Assembly: GCA_965218435.1 (NCBI GenBank)
Contig: CBDCKW010000009.1
Coordinates: forward strand, 1,216,001-1,280,000
Direction of reading: 5' to 3'
Source: Truepera sp.
GTDB lineage: Bacteria; Deinococcota; Deinococci; Deinococcales; Trueperaceae
DNA: 64,000 bases
Shown here: positions 1-9,944 of the stretch, piece by piece
Layout: each line of letters begins with the position of its first letter
Numbering within the stretch: the stretch's first letter is position 1
The notes under the pieces: model-generated
What the model saw: only the letters and a program-made list of their open reading frames with translations
Told to the model about the DNA's origin: nothing
Databases searched by the model: none
Translations under genes and position numbers: made by a program

Positions 1-519
1 CGTATTCGCAAGGATAGCTTATGCAACCCCTGGTGTTCAGCCTATGCGCTTTTTGCATCTTTGCCTATAGGTGAACTCAAGATAGTCAGCAACACTTGCA
101 ACCTCCATGGTTGCCGCTTACGCCTTGTCGGTATGAAGCTCGCCCACGACGACTACGCCATCATTGCTACCAACCGTAAGCCCGCTCAAGCCTTTCTCAC
201 CTACAAGCGTCGTTGGGAGATAGAAATGCTTTTTGCTGCTCTAAAGAAAACAGGCTTTGATATGGAGTCAACCCATCTCACTCAACTCGCTCGGCTTGAC
301 ACCCTTTTTACGCTGCTAGCTCTTGCCTTTACCTGGGCGCATCATATAGGAGAATGGCTCCACGACACTAAGCAAAAGCCTTTGCGCCTTAAGTCACACC
401 TCCGCAGAGAAAAATCATTCTTTAGGCATGGTCTCGATCATCTCAGGCATCTGCTTAAGAATCTACCCCTTAAACATCACGATCTACACTTCTGTATTCG
501 GCTTTTGTCCCGTACTTAG
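1..519 (+). mobile_element. IS4-family element, 3' part: transposase C-terminus and right TIR; runs off window start
   Basis: Frame open from base 1 (RIRKDSLCNPW...). Y-x2-R-x3-E-x6-K motif (YKRRWEIEMLFAALK). Ends in TTTGTCCCGTACTTAG, same right TIR as the element at 56528-57656, but the protein is clearly diverged from it. Confidence 0.9.
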
Positions 520-540
520 CTAAGTACTAATCAAATACGC

Positions 541-567
541 AAAAAGCCCCTCGAGCTCGAGGGGCTT
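541..567 (-). terminator. Intrinsic terminator of the Bor-like gene; perfect 24-bp palindrome containing two tandem CTCGAG
   Basis: AAGCCCCTCGAG-CTCGAGGGGCTT (544-567), followed by a U-run on the minus strand. Confidence 0.7.
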
Positions 568-587
568 ACTTTTTCTGAGTAAACTCG

Positions 588-887
588 TTACGAGTTCGTG
601 CAGTAAACCCGCGCCGTCCGGGGCGAGTAGATATTTCCGGTTAAAAAGGCGAGCACACTGTCTAGCGCATTTTGCTCTACTTCAATTCGGGCGATGTTTT
701 GTGCGCCGCCGCAAACCTCAGCCGCGTCAACATAGCTGTCCTGACCGACCCCATAAAGAAAAAAGGGTTGGCTCTCCTCGAGCGCCGCTTGTTTAACAGG
801 CGCAACTGGCGGGTTGACGTCAAACGACTGCGTGGCGCAGCCCCCAAGCAGCGCGGCAAGTAAAACAGCACCAATTATATGTTTCAC
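588..887 (-). CDS. Bor/Iss-family lipoprotein
   Basis: Lipobox LGGC. FFLYGVGQ..VDAAEVCGG..IYSPRTARVYC parallels lambda Bor. GTG at 887 follows a GGAGG RBS. Confidence 0.85.
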   Translation of the reverse strand: MKHIIGAVLLAALLGGCATQSFDVNPPVAPVKQAALEESQPFFLYGVGQDSYVDAAEVCGGAQNIARIEVEQNALDSVLAFLTGNIYSPRTARVYCTNS

Positions 888-958
888 AGGTGTCACCTCC
901 TCGGATTTTACTCGTACAGTTTAGCTCATCTTTTACATGTTCTGCAAATCTGGAGCAT

Positions 959-987
959 AAAAAAGGCTCACCATCAAAGTGAGCCTT
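959..987 (-). terminator. Intrinsic terminator downstream of lon
   Basis: AAGGCTCAC-N7-GTGAGCCTT hairpin plus U-run on the minus strand. Confidence 0.7.
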
Positions 988-1005
988 CTCTGTTACGAGA
1001 CTTGT

Positions 1006-3468
<2,463 letters not shown>

Positions 3469-3502
3469 GAGAAGCTCCTTTATTGTGGTAGCACTCTAAA
3501 AA

Positions 3503-3523
3503 CCTTAGTGCTGATATATCAAG
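3503..3523 (-). promoter_or_regulatory. HAIR-like (HspR) operator overlapping the putative lon promoter
   Basis: Minus strand CTTGATA-N7-ACTAAGG vs HAIR CTTGAGT-N7-ACTCAAG (10/14). Overlaps TTGATA-N18-TAGAGT. Confidence 0.5.
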
Positions 3524-3679
3524 TTTACCCAAATTTGCAACGAGTGCCGGAAGCTGGCTTACATCGGTCAGGGCTTAGGCCACAGCTTTGAGCGTGTTGT
3601 TGAGGAGCCATTCACCAGTGTAAACCCGACCGGGCCGTCCCGACGTGAGGTAGACCCCGGTGCGTGATAGCGTTGAGCT

Positions 3680-5521
3680 ATGGACGCGATGGTTCAAACA
3701 GACGTTAAAACACAGTTAAAAGAGGCGCTGGAACGCGCAGTAGCGAAGCTCGGCGCACAAGCTGAGGTCTCGGTACAAGCTGTACCGGAGGGCAAAGCGG
3801 GTGACTACGGCTCGCCGGTTGCGTTCGGCTTGGCCAAGACGTTGCGAAAAAATCCGGTGGCGATTGCTAACGAGATTTTAGCGGCGCTTACCCTGCCCCC
3901 CGGTGTGGCCCACGCCGAAGCCGTCGGGCCGTACTTAAACTTTCACCTCGACCCCGGCACGTTCGTCGAAAGTCTGGTCTCAAACCCGCTGACGCTACCC
4001 AAACGCGGCGAAAAGGCCATCGTCGAACACACCAGCGTCAACCCGAACAAAGAGGCGCACGTCGGGCACCTCCGTAACATCGTCTTAGGCGACGCCTGCG
4101 CCCGTATCTTAAGGGCTGCCGGGTTTGACGTCGAGGTGCAGAACTATATTGACGACACCGGCCGTCAGGCGGCGGAATCGCTCTTTGCAGTGTCGTACTT
4201 TGGCGAAACCTACAACGGTGAAGAAAAATACGACCACTGGCTCGGTAAGCTCTACGTGCGGCTCACGCAAGCCAAAGAAACCGATGGCGAGGCGATTGAG
4301 CGCGGCGTGTCGGAAGTCATGCACCAGCTCGAGCGCGGTGAACTCCGCGCGGACATCGAGAAGGTGTTGCGCTCACAGCTCGAGACCTATTACGCGCTCG
4401 GCGCAGAGTATGACCTTTTGGTGTGGGAATCCGACATCGTTCATAGCGGCTTTTTAGCGCAGGCTTTAGAGGTTTTGAAGGGCAGTGAAGATGTTTTTAT
4501 GGCGACCGAAGGTAAGTTTGCCGGGGCGCTGGTCATGGACGTATCGAAGTTTTTACCAGGGCTCGAGGAACCTCTAGTCGTGCTCGTCCGAAGTGACGGC
4601 AACGCCATGTACGTCGCCAAAGACATCGGCACGCAGCTCTGGAAAGTCGGATTGTTTGAAGGCTTAAAGTTTACGACCTTCGACACGCAACCTTCGGGTA
4701 AACCGCTCTATACGAGTTCGCCAACAGGGGAGACGCACCCGGACGGACGCACCTTTGCGCACGGTGATGAAGTCATTAACGTCATTGACACGCGGCAGAG
4801 CCACTCGCAAACCATTGTCAAAACGTCTTTAGCTCTAACCGATACCGCGCAAGGTTTCGACAGCTCGCACCATCTGGCGTATGAAGTCGTGACCTTAGAA
4901 GGTCAAGCGATGAGCGGGCGTAAAGGGGTGACGCTCGCGATTGACACCGTAATTGCCGAAGCGAAGCGGCGAGCGCGGGCTGTGGTCGAGGAGAAAAACC
5001 CGGATTTAGCGAGTATTGACACCGTAGCGCGGCAGGTCGGTATCGGCGCACTGCGCTTTGCCATGCTCAGGAGCGAAGCGCGGCGCATCATTGATTTTCG
5101 CTGGGAACAGGCGCTTAACTTGCAGGGTGATTCCGCGCCGTATGTGCAGTACGCGCACGCACGGGCGTGTAGCATCTTGCGGGCGGCAGACGCGGCAGGT
5201 GTAGGTGAAGCGGGCGCGGATTGGAGCCGGGTGGGGGGGCTCGAGGTCAAACTAGCTCAAGAACTCGCCCGTTTGCCGGAAGTTACGGAAAGTACCGCTA
5301 GAGAGTTCGCACCGCACATCGTCGCACAGTACTGCCTAGATGTGGCGACCGCGTGGAACGGGTTTTACAACCACCGTAACGCCGAGGGCAAACCCGACAC
5401 GCAGGTTTTGAAGGCTGAACCAGGGCTTAGAGAAGCTCGAGTTGCCCTTGTTCGCAAAGTCAGAGATACGCTGGCTGACGCTTTGGGTCTGCTCGGGATT
5501 GAAGCACCACAAGAAATGTAG
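3680..5521 (+). CDS. argS: Arginine--tRNA ligase
   Basis: EHTSVNPNKEAHVGHLRN (HIGH), MSGRKG (KMSKS-like), GDSAPYVQYAHAR. Confidence 0.96.
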   Translation: MDAMVQTDVKTQLKEALERAVAKLGAQAEVSVQAVPEGKAGDYGSPVAFGLAKTLRKNPVAIANEILAALTLPPGVAHAEAVGPYLNFHLDPGTFVESLVSNPLTLPKRGEKAIVEHTSVNPNKEAHVGHLRNIVLGDACARILRAAGFDVEVQNYIDDTGRQAAESLFAVSYFGETYNGEEKYDHWLGKLYVRLTQAKETDGEAIERGVSEVMHQLERGELRADIEKVLRSQLETYYALGAEYDLLVWESDIVHSGFLAQALEVLKGSEDVFMATEGKFAGALVMDVSKFLPGLEEPLVVLVRSDGNAMYVAKDIGTQLWKVGLFEGLKFTTFDTQPSGKPLYTSSPTGETHPDGRTFAHGDEVINVIDTRQSHSQTIVKTSLALTDTAQGFDSSHHLAYEVVTLEGQAMSGRKGVTLAIDTVIAEAKRRARAVVEEKNPDLASIDTVARQVGIGALRFAMLRSEARRIIDFRWEQALNLQGDSAPYVQYAHARACSILRAADAAGVGEAGADWSRVGGLEVKLAQELARLPEVTESTAREFAPHIVAQYCLDVATAWNGFYNHRNAEGKPDTQVLKAEPGLREARVALVRKVRDTLADALGLLGIEAPQEM

Positions 5522-5536
5522 GAGATGTAACTGCAC

Positions 5537-5959
5537 ATGAGTTGGGATGAACCGCGCTGCGTGTGGTGCCATAAAACAGGGGGCATCATCGAACCGTTAT
5601 GTGTCCGCGTTCCTAACGTTCCAATTTTTAGTGATAAAGAGCAGGATATTGAGGTTTTGGTTCATGCCGAACATAGAGACGAAACGCGCCGCTACTACGC
5701 ACGCCTTTACAGGTATGCTCGAGTCTTTCTGCTAGCCGTTCTGCTCGGCACTATGGCGACGCTGATTTTCGCTGTTCTTGGGGGGATACCAGGAGAAACA
5801 GCTGTGGTTAGCTACTTTGGCATTGTCTTTGTAGTGTTTCCCTTTGCCAACGGTACGACATTTGAAATTGTCGGCATCAGGGATAGCGTTAGGTTTGCCC
5901 AAATTACCGGAATCGTCTTCATCTTGGCAGGTTTTGCACTGCTCTACGTTGCTGTCTAG
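5537..5959 (+). CDS. Hypothetical membrane protein with N-terminal CxxC
   Basis: 140 aa, GGAG RBS, three hydrophobic segments, lower GC than neighbours. Confidence 0.6.
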   Translation: MSWDEPRCVWCHKTGGIIEPLCVRVPNVPIFSDKEQDIEVLVHAEHRDETRRYYARLYRYARVFLLAVLLGTMATLIFAVLGGIPGETAVVSYFGIVFVVFPFANGTTFEIVGIRDSVRFAQITGIVFILAGFALLYVAV

Positions 5960-6004
5960 CTGTAGTCAAACCAGCTGCAAGCCCGTCTAACGCACTAAAA
6001 GACT

Positions 6005-6349
6005 CTAGACCTGAACCACACAAAAGGTATTGCCGTCGGGGTCAGCTAATACGACGTAATCTGCGCCGGGTTCGTACCTCCAGTTTACCCTAGTTGCCCC
6101 TAGCTTCAAAAGCCGTTCAACTTCTCCTGCCTGATCGTCTGTAAACAAATCCATGTGGTGCCGCTTGGGTTTGTCGGAGGTGACTGCCGCGTTTAGAGAT
6201 AACTGCGTACCTTCGCCGTTTTTGGGAACAAGAATCGCAAAATCAACGTCAGGCTCGTTGCGCAGTTTGTAGTCCAACGCTTCGCTCCAGAACTTCACAC
6301 TGCGCTCGAGGTCGCGCACACCCCAAACGATAGCTCCGATCTTTAACAT
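6005..6349 (-). CDS. VOC/glyoxalase family protein
   Basis: SVKFWSEALDY...HMDL...LADPDGNTFCV pattern; GAGGAG RBS. Confidence 0.85.
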   Translation of the reverse strand: MLKIGAIVWGVRDLERSVKFWSEALDYKLRNEPDVDFAILVPKNGEGTQLSLNAAVTSDKPKRHHMDLFTDDQAGEVERLLKLGATRVNWRYEPGADYVVLADPDGNTFCVVQV

Positions 6350-6428
6350 GGTCTGCGCTCCTCAAAGTTAAGACAACAAAAACTTTGGCGAGTATCTTAC
6401 CGCCAAAGTGGTTTCTGCGTCTAAGAGC

Positions 6429-6862
6429 TTAAAGTGGGAAACCCAAACCCAAGCGTATCGTCGGGCTGACAAAAGGGCCGCTCGAGTCCTGTACACCGTC
6501 ATTTACACCTATACCCAGCTCGCCCTCGAGGTGAACGCCACCTAAAGAAAGTCGGTACCTGCCCGTTACCAAACCTCCCAATGCCCCGGTAGTGAGCTAG
6601 GGAACCAAAGTGACCGGGCACGGGTAAAAAAGTGACTAGGTGTAGAAGCGAAGCGGTAGCTTACTCCAGGATTGACCGAATCAATAATGGTAATAAGGGG
6701 AATTAAGCCTATCCCAGCGATGATATCTACAGAATCTGCGACAGCAAGGTCACCCTCGAAACTGAAATTGCTGCCGAAACGGATGTTTAAGCTGTTTTGA
6801 GCATGTACAGGCGAAAAGGTAAGTAACATAGTGCCCAATAAGGTGCTAAGTAGCCTCGTCAC
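6429..6862 (-). pseudogene. Probable frameshifted small outer-membrane beta-barrel-like protein
   Basis: Signal peptide (…PVHA|Q) in ORF 6566-6862. A second frame continues GALGGLVTGRYRLSLGGVHLEGELGIGV...IRLGLGFPL* to 6429. Confidence 0.4.
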
Positions 6863-6883
6863 TACGGCACTATACTCTAGCTC

Positions 6884-7348
6884 TCAGCTCATTCCCCGCA
6901 ACATCCCCTCAGCTTCATCGGCCACGTCGGTATCAGCCATGACGTTATACCGCTCGGCCTGCATCCCGCCAACTGAACTAAAGTCGCGCTGGCCACGCGT
7001 AGCGGCGTAACCAAAAACAGCGAAGAGGATGCTGATAATAAGCCCGACGACGAGGCCGTAGAGCACGATGTTGAGGAGTGGGCCACCGAAGAAAAAGCCG
7101 AGAAAGAGACCGATTAAAACGCCGGTCAGTGCGCCGCTACTCGCTGCTGTAGAAATTACGCGGCCCCAGTTGAGGCGGCCGGTGACTTGCTCGACAAACT
7201 TGAGACCTTCAGCCACAATCGCTGTTTTTTCAACTTCAAACTTGTTGTCAGAAAGGTAATCTACGGCCTTTTGCGCTTCGGCGTAGGTGGGGTACGTCGC
7301 AATCGTTCGGCGTGAAGCCGCTGTAGTTACATCTTTGAATCTGTCCAT
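6884..7348 (-). CDS. General stress protein-like membrane protein (YflT/17M-like)
   Basis: IATYPTYAEAQKAVDYLSD...RDFSS..MQAERYNV; two TM helices; GGAGG RBS. Confidence 0.7.
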   Translation of the reverse strand: MDRFKDVTTAASRRTIATYPTYAEAQKAVDYLSDNKFEVEKTAIVAEGLKFVEQVTGRLNWGRVISTAASSGALTGVLIGLFLGFFFGGPLLNIVLYGLVVGLIISILFAVFGYAATRGQRDFSSVGGMQAERYNVMADTDVADEAEGMLRGMS

Positions 7349-7528
7349 CTGAGCCTCCTAAAGCTGAGCATACTAAAAACGTGTAGCTAAACGCTGTCGT
7401 CAGCTTATCCGGGGGCTGGGTGAGCTTTGTTGGGATGGCCTACAGAACGCGCGGTTTTACGGCGACTGTCAAGAAAGGGTGTAAAGAAAAAGCGAGCCGA
7501 AGTCCGCTTGGGTCAACGCCGCGAGTAG

Positions 7529-8530
7529 CTAAAGCTGAACGGCGTAAGGCAAGTTGAACGTCTTGTCGTTGATGTCGAACTTAATGGTACCGGTCACCAG
7601 GCTTCCGGCGGGCGGCACCGGGCTGATATTTAAGGTGATAACGCCCGACGCGCGGATGGCGTTAAAGATTTTTTCAAAGAGCACCTCGAGCCCGTCCGCG
7701 TCCGCGACGTTGGCAAAGGTGCCACCGGTCGCCTCGGCGAGCGTTTGCAGTTCGGTCAGGTCGAGCTGCTTGCGGCCCGCACCCAGACCGACCGTAAAGA
7801 ACTTGACGCCCGACCCTTCGGCCGCGCCGAGCGCCTCGGCAAAGTCCACCGTGCCGCCCTTACGTTGCCCGTCGGTAAAGAGGACCACGACGCGTGAGGC
7901 GTTGCCGCCGCCCTCATCGCCGCTGTGCAGCTCGAGGGTGTCGAGTACCGAATCCCAGATCGGCGTGTCGTTTTGTTGTCCGACCTTTTGGACGGCGGCG
8001 TTTAGCAGGGCTTGGTCGCCGGTAAAGTCTTGGAGGAGGCTCGAGGCCCGGAAGCCCTCGCCGTCACCGCGAAAGGTCATCACCGCTAAGCGGTCTTGCG
8101 CGGTGATACGCCCGATAAACGACCCGGCCGCGTCCACTCGTTTGCGCTCCGGGTCGGTGTTTTTCATACTGCCGCTCTGGTCGAGGTCTAAAACGGCGTT
8201 GATCACCTCTTGTACCTTGATGTCGAACTTAATTTCAGCCCTCGCCGTGTACGCTTGCGCCGGGGTGACGGCTCCGCCGGTCGAGGTCACCCTGGAAATG
8301 GTCACGACCGGGTTCGTGATGTCTCCGGCAATGGGGTCGCCGCTGCCGTCCAGTGCGCTGACGTTGAGGTCAACTTGACCGGTCGGCGCGCCGTTGGCGT
8401 CACGCCCTACGGTGTAGCCGTTGAGCGTCGCGGTAGACGGCGTGATGTACCTGTTCACCGCGTCCTGAACATAGTTGCAACCGCCGAGCAGGGCGAGTGA
8501 CACGAGTAGCGTTAAGCTTAAGCGTTTCAT
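7529..8530 (-). CDS. vWA-domain lipoprotein
   Basis: Lipobox LGGC, MIDAS DQSGSM, TPIWD, LFTDG. ATG at 8530 follows GGAGG. Confidence 0.85.
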   Translation of the reverse strand: MKRLSLTLLVSLALLGGCNYVQDAVNRYITPSTATLNGYTVGRDANGAPTGQVDLNVSALDGSGDPIAGDITNPVVTISRVTSTGGAVTPAQAYTARAEIKFDIKVQEVINAVLDLDQSGSMKNTDPERKRVDAAGSFIGRITAQDRLAVMTFRGDGEGFRASSLLQDFTGDQALLNAAVQKVGQQNDTPIWDSVLDTLELHSGDEGGGNASRVVVLFTDGQRKGGTVDFAEALGAAEGSGVKFFTVGLGAGRKQLDLTELQTLAEATGGTFANVADADGLEVLFEKIFNAIRASGVITLNISPVPPAGSLVTGTIKFDINDKTFNLPYAVQL

Positions 8531-8755
8531 AGTGCCTCCTAAAATCATCAACAAAACCAATTTGACGCCCTAAAACTTAAGTGAGGCTTAAGGCGCTGAA
8601 CCGAGCCAATCTTTTGGCGTCGTCTCGAGTGCTTGCCCAATGACCTTGGTTCTACTTGCCACCCTTGAAACCATTTTTTAACCGCGTCACTTTAAGCTCC
8701 AGCTAACCCGGGTGTGCGCTAAAAGGCCGTACCACCGAGGTTAAAGGAGATCATC

Positions 8756-9166
8756 ATGAGCAACCAACCCGCTGTGATCGTTACCGAGACCGACTCGTCG
8801 TCGGCTGTTTTGCCCCGCGTGCTGGGAGCGCTGCTGCTGCTGGCGATTGCCGTCATTCACTACCTCGATTTGGGCGGCAAGCTTTCAGAAACGCCGTATC
8901 TCGGCTATCTGTATATCGCCCTGATGATCGGGTCGGTGTTGGCTGCTGGACTACTCTTTTACCGGCCCCGCGCCGGTTGGACGCTCGGCGGCTTGCTAGC
9001 ACTGGGTGCGTTTGTCGCTTACTGCCTGAGCCGCACCACAGGGCTACCGGCCGCCACCGACGACATCGGCAACTGGGGCGAACCGCTCGGCGTCGCGTCA
9101 TTAATCGTTGAAGGCGTAATGGTCATCTTGAGCGCAACTATGTTAGGACGCCGGACGAGCGGTTAA
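8756..9166 (+). CDS. Hypothetical 4-TM membrane protein
   Basis: AAGGAG RBS, four hydrophobic helices, SRTTGLP...DDIGNWGEPLG motif. Confidence 0.7.
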   Translation: MSNQPAVIVTETDSSSAVLPRVLGALLLLAIAVIHYLDLGGKLSETPYLGYLYIALMIGSVLAAGLLFYRPRAGWTLGGLLALGAFVAYCLSRTTGLPAATDDIGNWGEPLGVASLIVEGVMVILSATMLGRRTSG

Positions 9167-9253
9167 AGCGTAGGTTTTAATGGCTAAACCTGTGGTACGG
9201 TCAGCTAAGTTAATCAGCCCCGACCGGGGTACCGCTGAAAGGTAAATGACACC

Positions 9254-9904
9254 TTGCCTGACCTTGCTGCCTTACTCCAAACCGTTTCTTACGCCGGTAT
9301 CTTCGCCATTTTATTTGCTGAAAGCGGTCTCCTCATCGGGATTATGCTTCCCGGTGACAGCTTGCTGATTACTGCCGGGCTGCTCTGCGCTCAGGGTAGC
9401 CTGACGCTTTGGGGCGTCGTCGTCGCCGCTATTTTGGGCGCTGTGCTGGGCGATTCGACAGGCTACTGGATCGGCAAACGCTTTGGTCCCTCTGTATTCC
9501 GGCGGCCCGAAAGTCGCTTTTTCAAACCCAGCTACGTTGAACGTGCCAGGGGCTATTTTGAACGTTACGGGCTGACCACGCTGATTATCGCCCGTTTTGT
9601 CCCGATTGTGCGGACGCTGGTCCCGACGCTGGCCGGGGTCGGCGGGATGCACTATCCAAAATTCTTTTTGTATAACGTCGTCGGCGGTATCTTGTGGGGC
9701 GCAGGAATTCCGGTCGCCGGGTTCTATCTCGGGCGGCTGATTCCCAACCTGGATCACTACATCTTGCTGGTGATCGCCGTCGTCTTAGTGGTGTCGCTGA
9801 TTCCGGTGGCGCTCGAGTTTCGCCGTCAGCGGGCCGACGGGCGCAAGGTGACCCGAGAAAGCGTCGGAGAAGCGGTCGGAGAAACTAGCCAAGAAGCCGA
9901 ATAA
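9254..9904 (+). CDS. DedA family (VTT-domain) protein
   Basis: FAESGLLIG.LPGDSLL, GDSTGYWIG, ARFVPIVRT. Confidence 0.9.
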   Translation: MPDLAALLQTVSYAGIFAILFAESGLLIGIMLPGDSLLITAGLLCAQGSLTLWGVVVAAILGAVLGDSTGYWIGKRFGPSVFRRPESRFFKPSYVERARGYFERYGLTTLIIARFVPIVRTLVPTLAGVGGMHYPKFFLYNVVGGILWGAGIPVAGFYLGRLIPNLDHYILLVIAVVLVVSLIPVALEFRRQRADGRKVTRESVGEAVGETSQEAE

Positions 9905-9944
9905 GTTAAGCCTTTTTTGCAAGTTACGCCTTCTTTACAGCCCT

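Noticed and set aside
5985..5991. GTCTAAC after the 5537-5959 gene as an attC R'' site; also similar cores near 14110-14131 and 26813
   Set aside because: Isolated 7-mers without a convincing L-box and partner arrangement; expected by chance.
7554..8378. Long antisense ORFs (274 aa here; also 10598-11194, 11220-11852, 20426-20983, 25007-25594, 31976-32656, 43582-44334)
   Set aside because: Shadow ORFs opposite well-supported genes in GC-rich DNA, with no motifs.
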